A stretch of DNA of 64,000 nucleotides from a candidate division FCPU426 bacterium (GTDB lineage: Bacteria > Oederibacteriota > Muellerivitia > Muellerivitales > Muellerivitaceae): the NCBI GenBank assembly GCA_963847625.1, contig CAWKAR010000032.1:1-64000 (forward strand), given 5' to 3'. Each line of letters begins with the position of its first letter. The first letter of the stretch is position 1. The notes under the pieces were generated by a model, which was not told the DNA's origin, made no database searches, and worked only from the letters and a program-made list of their open reading frames with translations. Both the position numbers and the translations under genes were made by a program. Shown here piece after piece: positions 19,143 through 28,258 of this stretch.

Positions 19143-21495
19143 GAGCCAATACCTCCAGAAATTATTCATGACCGCCCTGATGGCCTCGGCGTTTTGCGGG
19201 ACTTCTTGGTGTTTTTCTTCCAGCGATCCTTTCACGATCGTGCCAGCGGGGGACCCCACTTATTCGGAATTAAAACAACTGGCCCGGGCTGGATGGTTGT
19301 CGGGAAAAGACGTTTCGTGGGCTTCCCTGACCCGGTATGACGTGGCCAAACTCATCCTGAAAGCGCAAAAGAATTCCAATGAAATAACCTTGGCCCAAGC
19401 GAACATCACCACACCCACCCCATCCAGCCAGGTGGGCACGCTCGAACCGTTACAGGAAACAGGAATCGCCCCGGTCACCGCTGCCGGGCCTGCTAAACAA
19501 TCCGCCGCCGAAATAGCCGCGGTCCGGGCCCAGGCCGCCAAATCCCTCCACAGCCTCCAGGAAGCCTACCAATACGAACTCAATGCTCTTAAAGAAAAGT
19601 TAAAAGCCCTCCAGGAAAAAGCCACCGAATTGGAGGCCCAGCAATACAACTTCAGAAAGAAGTTGATGGGCTTCAACCAAAACTCCAGCATAGCAATACA
19701 CGGCTTGGGACTTGCTTATGGTTATTCGCAACAATTCATTGGGAATTACCCGGTTTATATCAATGGAAATCCCGGTACCCGGACAACCCTGGGATACTTG
19801 GACTTGGAACCGATGGGAACCATCTCCAAGGAAGTCAGTTGGGACACGATCCTGAGGCTACAATCCTCACTGATGCCCAACGACACGCCCCAACTCGACC
19901 TACGCCGCATTAGGTTGGATTACAATCCATCTTGGCTTTCGGCCACTTTAGGCGATTTCGACGAGTCTTACACCCCCTTCACGATATGGAACAGAAACAG
20001 TCTTGACCTGGCCTATGCCCCGGAAATGTGGAGCCGCTGGGACAACAGAGTCAAATACGAGAACTTCTTCAATGACGAGCCCAACTGGCCGTTTCGCGGA
20101 TTGAGGGTGGGCGAGTCGGTGATGTGGCCTGACTCTGGCGCCCTGGATTCCCTGAAGTCCTCGGCCTTTATCCACATGATCCGCAACGGGTACAATTACA
20201 ACAGCGGCTCTTATTTCGGCCCCAACCAGTACACTGATTGGATTTTCGCGGGGACTGTGGGGTTGAAATCCAGGAAATGGTTCTTGGGCGGAACCTCCCT
20301 TCAGTTAGGGCTTGATTCCTACGGCATCATCCTGGATGAACCCCTTGATACGGAACAACCTGGTTCCCCCTACGACCCGGAGAATCCCGCGACTTGGGCG
20401 CACCAATACTTGATCGGCAGCCTCAAACCCGACATCAAGGTCGGGTTAGGGGACGATTGTTATGTCGGGGGAACTGGCGAGTACTCCTATTCCAATTACC
20501 AGGCCGACAAGAGGAACCCTGGCCGGGTGATCGGGGATTACGCGGTGATGGCCGGCCCTTACGTCAAGTTCGGCCATTCCACGCTTAGCGTGAATTACCT
20601 TAACGTCGGCCCCTACTATTATTCCCCCTTGGCACAGACCCGGCAGGACGGCGTCTCCTTAGTCAATGGACTCACGGCACCCTCCATGACCTCGCCCGAC
20701 CTCTTCTACCCCATGTTGAACTACCAGTATGTCTTGCAGGATGTGCCACGCCCCGGAGACATCTTCGGCTTTTACGACCGCACCCAGGATAATACCTTCC
20801 CCTACGGTATGGCCACCCCCAACCGGGAAGGATTCGGCCTGGAAACCGACCTGAAATTGCTTTGGAAGGAAACCCTATGGATCAAGGGTTCCGCCTACCG
20901 GGTCAAGGAAATATTCAGCAATATGGTCGTCAACAGCTCGCAAACGGGATATATTCCCGTGGACCTTCCTTTCAACACTGCCTTGATTCCCATCCGGAAT
21001 TTCACTTATGTCAACGCGGGCCCTTCATTTAATTTGGGGCCCTCTTTGGGCTGGGACCGGGACTTGGAAATTGGCTCCAACGTCCGTTATGAGCAAACCA
21101 CCAGCGACCTGGGGACCTTGACCAGTTCCTGGATCATCGGGGGGTTGAGGGTCGACCTTTTGCCGGTTTGGGAAATCGCCGCCGCCATCAGCCAGCAGAA
21201 CTCAAAGGGAACCGACGCAGGTTTTCAATACAAGGATAATGACGGAGTGTTTCACCAAACACTTTGGGCCCGTTATTCCTACGTGTATGACAACAAAGAC
21301 CTTGGGCATTACGCGCCTTTCACCGTCGACGGCAACATCATGAGCCTGAGGTTTTCCAGCATTATCAAGGCCAACCGCAATTCCAACATCTACTTGGATT
21401 ACGATTGGACAAAGGGGAACCTGATGCCCGGGAATCCCGTCCAAGGCACCGTCAATAATCAATTCATGGAGTTGAGTTATGAAATCCAATTTTAA
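19129..21495 (+). CDS. Large outer-membrane protein C: SLH-like N-terminus, coiled coil, predicted beta-barrel
   Basis: GGAGG before ATG 19129, overlapping the previous stop; FTIVPAGDPTYSELKQLARAGWL...LTRYDVAKLI; LQEAYQYELNALKEKLKALQEK; ends LSYEIQF. Confidence 0.72.
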   Translation: MFLSKSQYLQKLFMTALMASAFCGTSWCFSSSDPFTIVPAGDPTYSELKQLARAGWLSGKDVSWASLTRYDVAKLILKAQKNSNEITLAQANITTPTPSSQVGTLEPLQETGIAPVTAAGPAKQSAAEIAAVRAQAAKSLHSLQEAYQYELNALKEKLKALQEKATELEAQQYNFRKKLMGFNQNSSIAIHGLGLAYGYSQQFIGNYPVYINGNPGTRTTLGYLDLEPMGTISKEVSWDTILRLQSSLMPNDTPQLDLRRIRLDYNPSWLSATLGDFDESYTPFTIWNRNSLDLAYAPEMWSRWDNRVKYENFFNDEPNWPFRGLRVGESVMWPDSGALDSLKSSAFIHMIRNGYNYNSGSYFGPNQYTDWIFAGTVGLKSRKWFLGGTSLQLGLDSYGIILDEPLDTEQPGSPYDPENPATWAHQYLIGSLKPDIKVGLGDDCYVGGTGEYSYSNYQADKRNPGRVIGDYAVMAGPYVKFGHSTLSVNYLNVGPYYYSPLAQTRQDGVSLVNGLTAPSMTSPDLFYPMLNYQYVLQDVPRPGDIFGFYDRTQDNTFPYGMATPNREGFGLETDLKLLWKETLWIKGSAYRVKEIFSNMVVNSSQTGYIPVDLPFNTALIPIRNFTYVNAGPSFNLGPSLGWDRDLEIGSNVRYEQTTSDLGTLTSSWIIGGLRVDLLPVWEIAAAISQQNSKGTDAGFQYKDNDGVFHQTLWARYSYVYDNKDLGHYAPFTVDGNIMSLRFSSIIKANRNSNIYLDYDWTKGNLMPGNPVQGTVNNQFMELSYEIQF

Positions 21496-21556
21496 TAATG
21501 TACCGACCAGAGGGGACCTCCAACCCCGACCGGGGCAGGCGAAAGGAAGGGCGGCC

Positions 21557-22261
21557 GTGAAAAACTTGATATTGACGGCCATCAGCTTGGCCCTATTGGA
21601 ATTTTTGGCCCTGCTTACCCCGGGTTGCACAACCAAATTCCCTTCCATCACCACCATGTCACCTTGTTACCCTTATATTTTGCAGACTTTTAATAATTAT
21701 TCGGATTTAAGTAATATTAGTAATGGCGGGCAAACATTCGGAACAGGACCCGTCACTGGCGTTAATTCAGGAGTCACAGTCGTTTATTCCCTTTCGCCCC
21801 TATATGCCACTCAGGGAAATTTGTCCTTGGATGCCGATATCCTATCGGCCCCGATGACGAACGGCATGGTCGAAAATTGGAACGATAAGATATTCTTTTA
21901 TAACACTAAAAACATACCGGGAGCGAGCTGGAACGATTATTCCATGTTAATCTCGGATGTCTACATCGATGCTTCGGTAATCCAAGGGGCGGGATACCAA
22001 CAACTCCAACTTTGGGCCGACTCACCAGCAAGCAATAATTACTACCAACCCATCTGCCTCCCAAAGAACCAGCCCAACATTGCGTCCGGCCAGCAAGCCC
22101 TCACCTGGGTCATCGATTTTACAGCAGGTAAAATACCCCCTGGTTCACAACTCAGTGACATATATTTCATTCTCAACGCGAATACGACTAATGGAACGGG
22201 AAATATCTACATTGACGATATGCGGTTGGCTTATAAGGTCTGTCCGACTCCCACACCATAA
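21557..22261 (+). CDS. Lipoprotein, putative carbohydrate-binding beta-sandwich
   Basis: AAGGAAGG before GTG 21557; TPGC lipobox; ATQGNLSL, SWNDYSMLISDVY, GNIYIDDMRL; ends PTPTP. Confidence 0.68.
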   Translation: MKNLILTAISLALLEFLALLTPGCTTKFPSITTMSPCYPYILQTFNNYSDLSNISNGGQTFGTGPVTGVNSGVTVVYSLSPLYATQGNLSLDADILSAPMTNGMVENWNDKIFFYNTKNIPGASWNDYSMLISDVYIDASVIQGAGYQQLQLWADSPASNNYYQPICLPKNQPNIASGQQALTWVIDFTAGKIPPGSQLSDIYFILNANTTNGTGNIYIDDMRLAYKVCPTPTP

Positions 22262-22399
22262 TTTCCCGGAAAACAGTTCGCCATAGTTTCATCCCAGGAA
22301 GTTCATATTCTACCTGTTAAAATATTTACACACGAATAACAGCGGGCCTTTCCTTGAAGGAATAAATTCTCCACTGCCTGGGATGGATATGGAGGAATT

Positions 22400-25180
22400 T
22401 TGAAAAATCACGCGTTTACCCGGTTTTTGCTGGTTTCCGTTATCCTTTTGCCGCTGAAAGTAATGGGCCGCGAAGGAGTTGGGCGTGAACGCATCCTTAT
22501 GGATGCGGAGTGGCGATTCCGTTTGGGAACCATCAGCGGATCGGAGATTAATAACGGCATTGTGATCACTAACTGGCGTTATCAGGGGCCCTGGAAAACA
22601 AAACCCGCCGATATTGAGAAATCCCTGGACGCCACGGGAGTGAAAACCTCCGGATCGGATTGGAAGGATGCCGTCAACGGAAAGGACCTTTTCGACAACA
22701 AACCTGGATTCGCCTTGTGCCGGGCGGTTATGCCCGATTTCCCGGGCCCCCACCGGGTGCTTCATTTCGCGGGAGTGGACGACAACTGTACCGTTTACGT
22801 TAACGGAAAAAAAATGATTTACCACGAGGGGTGGAACGACTCCTTCGACATTGACCTGGACCCGGTTTGGAAGGAAGGTGGCTCCAATGAGGCGGCGGTC
22901 CTGGTCGAAAACATCTGGGGAGGAGGAAACATTAAAGAAGCCGATCTGTTATCCCCCGACAGGGTTGAAAAAATTCCGGATGCGGCCATGCCGGGTTACG
23001 ACACTAATGGATGGAAAAAAGTCCATATCCCCCACGATTTCGTGGTGGAAGGCACCTTCGATTTCAACGCCGACGGCAGCCACGGGTTCCTTCCCAAGAA
23101 CGCGGCTTGGTATCAAAAGACCTTCGACCTTCCGATTTCGGATAAGGGGAAGGCCTTGTGGATTGACTTCGACGGCATTTACCGGGACAGCCGCATTTGG
23201 CTGAACGGCAAGTTGTTGGGCCGCCATTTGAGCGGTTACACGGGTTTCCGCTACGACATCACGCAAGCCGCCAACTACGGAGGAAAGAACATTTTAACCG
23301 TGTACGTGGATGCGCGCGATTCCGAGGGCTGGTGGTATGAGGGAGGCGGCATCTACCGCCACGTTTGGCTTAACAAAGCCTACCCCTTGCATGTGGAACC
23401 TTGGGGCGTATGCGTGGTTTCCGCTCCCAACCGGGAATCCAACCCTACCCAAGCCTCCGTCCGGATCGAAACTTCCATGATCAATGAGGCTGGAGTGAAA
23501 AAGACTTTCCGCCTTGTTTCCCAGGTAAAGGATGCTCATGGCAAGATCGTCGGCAAGCTGTCGGGGGCCAAGATTTTGGGGGCCGGTTCTAAAACCGTTC
23601 TTTCCCAAAAGATCGCCTTGGCCCGGCCCCTCCTTTGGTCGTTGGAAGACCCATATCTTTATACCCTCGAGACAAATGTCATGGTGGGGTCCGATGTGGT
23701 GGACAGCGTTACGACCCCATTTGGCATTCGTACCATCCGCTTTGACACAGGGAAGGGGTTTTTCCTGAACGGCCGGCCCGTCAAGATCAAGGGAACCTGC
23801 AATCACCAGGATTTCGCGGGGATCGGAATCGCCATTCCCGACCGTATTTTTGCTTACCGGTTGGACCGCCTGAAAGATATGGGCTCCAACGCCTACCGAT
23901 GCTCGCACAATCCCCCGGCCGCCGAATTGCTCGACGAGTGCGACCGGAAGGGCGTGTTGGTGATGGATGAGAACCGCAAGCTGGGCGACACGCCGGAAAT
24001 TCTCGGCCAAGTACGCAGCATGGTCCTGAGGGACCGGAACCACCCCAGCGTCATCCTTTGGTCCCTGTGCAACGAGGAAGCCCTGCAGGGCTCGCCCACG
24101 GGACAAGCCAGGGGAGAAGCCATGAAAAAAATGATCATAGGTCTGGATAAGACCCGTCTCATTACCTGTGCCATGAACGGGGGATTCGGCTCCGGGCTCT
24201 CCAACGTGGTGGACCTCCAAGGCTTCAACTACCATCCTAAGGAATACGAACCCTATCACCAAAACCACCCCAAAATACCGCTTTTCGGCAGCGAGACTGG
24301 CAGTACGGTTTCCACGAGGGGTATCTACGCGGACGCCAAGGATAAGGGCTACGTGAGCGCCTACGACGTCAATCCCCCCGGGTGGGCCAACACGGCGGAA
24401 GAGACGTGGCAAGCCATCGACCGTCCCTACATGGCGGGCTGCTTTGTCTGGACGGGTTTCGACTATAGGGGCGAACCCACGCCTTATTGGTGGCCTTGCA
24501 TCAATTCCCATTTTGGGTTGATGGATATGTGCGGTTTCCCCAAGGATAACTTTTATTACTACCAGTCCGTTTGGACCGGCAAACCCATGGTGCATCTCCT
24601 TCCGCATTGGACTTGGAAGGGAAAAGAAGGCCGCGAAATCGCGGTTTGGGCCTACAGCAACTGCGATCAGGTGGAACTGTTCCTGAATGGCAAAAGCCTG
24701 GGTGTAAAGGACAACCCCAAAGACGGGCATATGGAGTGGAAAGTGAAGTACGGACCCGGCACGCTTTCCGCCAAGGGCAGCAAGGATGGAATGGTGGCGG
24801 CGGAAGACAAAGTGGAAACCACCGGTGCGCCCGCCAAAATCCGTTTGACGCCGTACCAAACGGGGCTTTTGGCGGATGGCGAGGATGAAATGCCCGTCAA
24901 GGTGGAAATACTCGACTCGGAGAACCGTATCGTGCCCACGGCGGGAAACGAGGTGACTTTCCGGGTGACTGGAGCCGGGCTGGTGGCAGGCGTGGCCAAC
25001 GGCGACCCCTCCAGCCATGAGCGGGACAAGGCGGGGGAAGGGCCCGCGCATCGCAAGGCGTTCAACGGACTTTGCATGGCCGTAGTCGGATCCACCAATG
25101 AGGCTGGCCCTGTCACCATTACCGCCGCTTCGGCCGGATTGGAGCCGGCTACGGTGGTTTTAACTTCCACGGTTCCTTGA
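22400..25180 (+). CDS. Secreted GH2 glycoside hydrolase (beta-galactosidase-like)
   Basis: WWYEGGGIYRHVWL, FGIRTIRFD, KGTCNHQD, NAYRCSHNP, RDRNHPSVILWSLCNEE, FVWTGFDYRGEPTP; extra N-terminal sugar-binding domain. Confidence 0.94.
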   Translation: MKNHAFTRFLLVSVILLPLKVMGREGVGRERILMDAEWRFRLGTISGSEINNGIVITNWRYQGPWKTKPADIEKSLDATGVKTSGSDWKDAVNGKDLFDNKPGFALCRAVMPDFPGPHRVLHFAGVDDNCTVYVNGKKMIYHEGWNDSFDIDLDPVWKEGGSNEAAVLVENIWGGGNIKEADLLSPDRVEKIPDAAMPGYDTNGWKKVHIPHDFVVEGTFDFNADGSHGFLPKNAAWYQKTFDLPISDKGKALWIDFDGIYRDSRIWLNGKLLGRHLSGYTGFRYDITQAANYGGKNILTVYVDARDSEGWWYEGGGIYRHVWLNKAYPLHVEPWGVCVVSAPNRESNPTQASVRIETSMINEAGVKKTFRLVSQVKDAHGKIVGKLSGAKILGAGSKTVLSQKIALARPLLWSLEDPYLYTLETNVMVGSDVVDSVTTPFGIRTIRFDTGKGFFLNGRPVKIKGTCNHQDFAGIGIAIPDRIFAYRLDRLKDMGSNAYRCSHNPPAAELLDECDRKGVLVMDENRKLGDTPEILGQVRSMVLRDRNHPSVILWSLCNEEALQGSPTGQARGEAMKKMIIGLDKTRLITCAMNGGFGSGLSNVVDLQGFNYHPKEYEPYHQNHPKIPLFGSETGSTVSTRGIYADAKDKGYVSAYDVNPPGWANTAEETWQAIDRPYMAGCFVWTGFDYRGEPTPYWWPCINSHFGLMDMCGFPKDNFYYYQSVWTGKPMVHLLPHWTWKGKEGREIAVWAYSNCDQVELFLNGKSLGVKDNPKDGHMEWKVKYGPGTLSAKGSKDGMVAAEDKVETTGAPAKIRLTPYQTGLLADGEDEMPVKVEILDSENRIVPTAGNEVTFRVTGAGLVAGVANGDPSSHERDKAGEGPAHRKAFNGLCMAVVGSTNEAGPVTITAASAGLEPATVVLTSTVP

Positions 25181-25358
25181 AAAACACGATCGTTCAAGAC
25201 TATTTCCCCGCAAGCCGCGAAAATAGCTTGTGGTGATAAATTGAAATGGTATTCCCGAAGGGTGTATTTATTCAAGCGGTGAATAAACGCATCATTCACC
25301 GCATAAAATACGGCGAATGTTTGTTGCAATCACCGCAGAATAAGCGGAGAATATAACC

Positions 25359-26468
25359 ATGAGCTACATACACGAAAATCCAGACTGGCCGAATTTAAGA
25401 TGGGATCATGCCAAGCTGTTGCCGTTGCTGGCGGATGTCCGGCACCGGCAAGGGCGTTTACTTGGAAGGATGGAGGGTCTTGGCTTTCGGCTTCGCACAG
25501 AAGCCAGTCTGACAACGCTGACTGCCGATGTAATCAAGTCGAGTGCGATTGAGGGGGCGCTACTAGATACCGCGCAGGTGCGATCTTCAATCGCGCGGCG
25601 GCTGGGTCTTGATTTTGTAGGCAATGTGCAGTCCAGCCGTGACGTTGAAGGTGTGGTTGAGATGATGTTGGACGCCACCCAAAAATACGCCGAGCCGTTG
25701 ACGTCTGAACGATTATTTAGCTGGCACGCCTCATTGTTTCCGACAGGACGAAGCGGTATGCGGCGAATCACGGTTGGTGCATGGCATCCGGCTGAAATCG
25801 GCCCAATGCAGGTTGTGTCCGGCCCGGTTGGCCGCGAGCAAGTTCATTTTGAAGCGCCGGCGGCTGACCGGCTTCAACGAGAGGTGTCGGTCTTCCTTGA
25901 CTGGTTTGGTGCGGCTAATGGAATTGATCCGGTGCTAAAGGCCGGTATAGCCCATTTCTGGTTCGTGACCATACATCCGTTTGAGGATGGCAACGGTCGC
26001 ATAAGCCGGGCGATAGCTGACATGTCGCTGGCACGGTCTGAGGGCACGATTGAACGGTTTTACAGCATGTCTACACAAATCGAAGCTGAAAAAAAACAGT
26101 ATTACTTGAAATTGGAGCAAAGCCAGAAGGGCGGAATGGATATAACTTCGTGGCTGGAATGGTTCTTGGGTTGTCTTGGACGTGCCATTGCGGGAGCAGA
26201 AGATAGTCTTGCGAGCGTTCTGCGTAAAGCGAAAGTTTGGGAACGCGTCAACCGCCAGTCACCGGTAAATGAAAGACAGCGCAAGGTGATCAATAGGCTA
26301 CTGGATGGTTTTGAAGGAAAACTCTCTACGTCAAAATATTCCAAGCTCGCCCAATGTTCCGGTGACACGGCATTGAGGGATATTAAAATTTTGCTTGACC
26401 GGGGCATTCTTATCCAAGACGAGGGCGGAGGCCGGAATACGAGTTACCGTTTGGTTGAGTCGGAATAA
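25359..26468 (+). CDS. Fic-family protein (DUF4172-type N-terminus, C-terminal HTH)
   Basis: Canonical Fic motif HPFEDGNGRISR; N-terminal YIHENPDWPNLRWD. Confidence 0.93.
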   Translation: MSYIHENPDWPNLRWDHAKLLPLLADVRHRQGRLLGRMEGLGFRLRTEASLTTLTADVIKSSAIEGALLDTAQVRSSIARRLGLDFVGNVQSSRDVEGVVEMMLDATQKYAEPLTSERLFSWHASLFPTGRSGMRRITVGAWHPAEIGPMQVVSGPVGREQVHFEAPAADRLQREVSVFLDWFGAANGIDPVLKAGIAHFWFVTIHPFEDGNGRISRAIADMSLARSEGTIERFYSMSTQIEAEKKQYYLKLEQSQKGGMDITSWLEWFLGCLGRAIAGAEDSLASVLRKAKVWERVNRQSPVNERQRKVINRLLDGFEGKLSTSKYSKLAQCSGDTALRDIKILLDRGILIQDEGGGRNTSYRLVESE

Positions 26469-26835
26469 TAGCCTATGCCATCCAGCCATGATGCAACACT
26501 TCCCGATTGCATCCCTTAACTAAACGATGATGCTCTCTTTGAAGTGGAGTGCAACCTGTGGAGGGTTGCATTCGAAAAAACAGTGGCACAGATTTGGCAC
26601 AGAAAGTTTGTCACACCCTGTCATTTTGTGGCAGTTTGTGGCACCTTCACCAGTGACATTTGATCAGGAAGCCGGGGCAAAAAATTTAGTTTTTTTCATT
26701 GCCGTCCAAATTAAACAAAAACCAAGGAACAAAGATAAATTAAATCAGAAGTTTTTAATTCTAAAAGGCGTTAAGCAAAACCAAGTCCTTTGCCACATGC
26801 CAATCTTCCATGATTCTTATAAAGGGATTGGTATG

Positions 26836-27060
26836 GTACCGATTTCATTAACTGCCTTATGGTGAATCGGCACAGATTCAGGGGATGCACTCGGATAGCC
26901 AAAACATTCATGAAAAACATGAATGAATTTTAAATTTTGAATTATGAATTTTTAATTTTAAGTAAATCCCATGTATCCCATGCATGCCAGCCATCAATAA
27001 TTCTTTTAATGAGGCTGGTAACGTACCGATTTCTTTAACTGTCTTAATGTGAATCGGCAC
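26836..27060. repeat. Two direct copies of a 38-bp imperfect palindrome (26836-26873, 27023-27060)
   Basis: GTACCGATTTCATTAACTGCCTTATGGTGAATCGGCAC vs GTACCGATTTCTTTAACTGTCTTAATGTGAATCGGCAC, 34/38 identical. Confidence 0.85.
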
Positions 27061-27128
27061 ATTGACCTTTCCCCCGAAAACTGATCCAAAAATATGTTAG
27101 TTTTGGATTATAGATCGGGAGGGGAAAG

Positions 27129-27398
27129 ATGGCAAAGAAACGGTTTTTATCTGAGCAGATAGTGGCTATTCTCCGCGAGGCGGAGAAAGCTCCCGCCGTT
27201 GAGGAAGTTCTCCGAAAGCATGGCATTTCCGAGCAGACTTACTACCGCTGGAAACGCATGTACGGAAGCCTTGGAGTTTCCGAAGTCCACCGCATCAAAC
27301 AGCTGGAAGAAGAAAACCGGAAACTCAAGCAGTTAGCGGGTGATCAGGCCCTGGCTATTCAGGTTCTCCAAGAGCACATAAAAAAAAAGGGGTATTGA
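27129..27398 (+). CDS. IS3 transposase OrfA
   Basis: HTH RKHGISEQTYYRWK and leucine zipper; A9GGGG slippery site near 27380 for a -1 frameshift. Confidence 0.93.
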   Translation: MAKKRFLSEQIVAILREAEKAPAVEEVLRKHGISEQTYYRWKRMYGSLGVSEVHRIKQLEEENRKLKQLAGDQALAIQVLQEHIKKKGY

Positions 27399-28225
27399 TC
27401 GAGGAGCAAAAAGGCATGGTGGAAGCCCTGAAGGCTCAGGAAGTACCGGAAAGACGAGCCTGTGATGTTCTTGGGGTAAATCGATCGAGTTTTCGATATG
27501 AGGCCCAGCCAGAAGATCCGTTGAACCAGGTGATCCTGCAGGAAATGGTTAAGTTAGCGCAAAGAAACCGACGTTTCGGAAGCCCTCGGATGTTGTGGAT
27601 GTTGGAACGCAGAGGCCTTGATGTGAATCACAAGCGGGTGGAGAGGCTCTACCAGGTAGCAGGGCTTCAATTACCGCGCAGGAGACCCAGGAAGAAGAGG
27701 GTTCCGACGGAATGGAGAAGGCCCCACCCGGCTTTGGGTTCCAACGAGGTGTGGACGATGGACTTCGTGCATGACCTGACATGGTTCGGGGGAAAGGTGA
27801 AGTTTTTGACGGTGTTGGATGAAGGATTTAGGGAATGCTTGGAGATCCGGGCGGAGAAGCGAATGAGAAGCCGGGACGTGCTGGAGACGCTGGACGAGTT
27901 GATGACGGAGTACGGGACACCAAAGTGCCTGCGGGTGGACAACGGGCCAGAGTTCGTGGCGAAAGAACTGAGGAACTGGCTTGAGGAGAAGGGCGTAGAG
28001 GTGCTATATATCGAACCAGGGAGTCCATGGCAGAATGGATTCATCGAAAGTTTCAACGGAAAGTTTAGGGATGAGTGCCTGAACCAAGAAATTTTTCTTT
28101 CAAAAGCGGAGGCCCAGGTAGTCGTGGATTGGTGGAGGCAGGTGTATAACTGGCAGAGACCGCACAGCAGTTTGGGGGGAAAAACCCCAATGGAAGCAAA
28201 GGCCGAAAAGTTGGGCCTTAACTAA
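27395..28225 (+). CDS. IS3 transposase OrfB (DDE)
   Basis: WTMDFVHD, DNGPEF, PGSPWQNGFIESFNGKFRDECL, RPHSSLG. Confidence 0.95.
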   Translation: MIEEQKGMVEALKAQEVPERRACDVLGVNRSSFRYEAQPEDPLNQVILQEMVKLAQRNRRFGSPRMLWMLERRGLDVNHKRVERLYQVAGLQLPRRRPRKKRVPTEWRRPHPALGSNEVWTMDFVHDLTWFGGKVKFLTVLDEGFRECLEIRAEKRMRSRDVLETLDELMTEYGTPKCLRVDNGPEFVAKELRNWLEEKGVEVLYIEPGSPWQNGFIESFNGKFRDECLNQEIFLSKAEAQVVVDWWRQVYNWQRPHSSLGGKTPMEAKAEKLGLN

Positions 28226-28258
28226 CTTAAATTTGGATCAAACATTGGGGGAAGGTCA

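Larger units (their letters stand above)
27063..28258 (+). mobile_element. Complete IS3-family insertion sequence (IS407-like)
   Basis: IRL TGACCTTTCCCCCGAAAACTGATCCAAA and IRR TTTGGATCAAACATTGGGGGAAGGTCA; 4-bp target duplication ACAT (27059-27062, 28259-28262). Confidence 0.95.

Noticed and set aside
26527..26865. 112-aa ORF after the Fic gene
   Set aside because: Runs through repeat-rich DNA, no RBS or protein motif.
26836..27060. 38-bp repeats as a CRISPR array
   Set aside because: Only two copies, a 149-bp gap and no cas genes. Not called a true dif site either, because the centre is 5 bp rather than 6.
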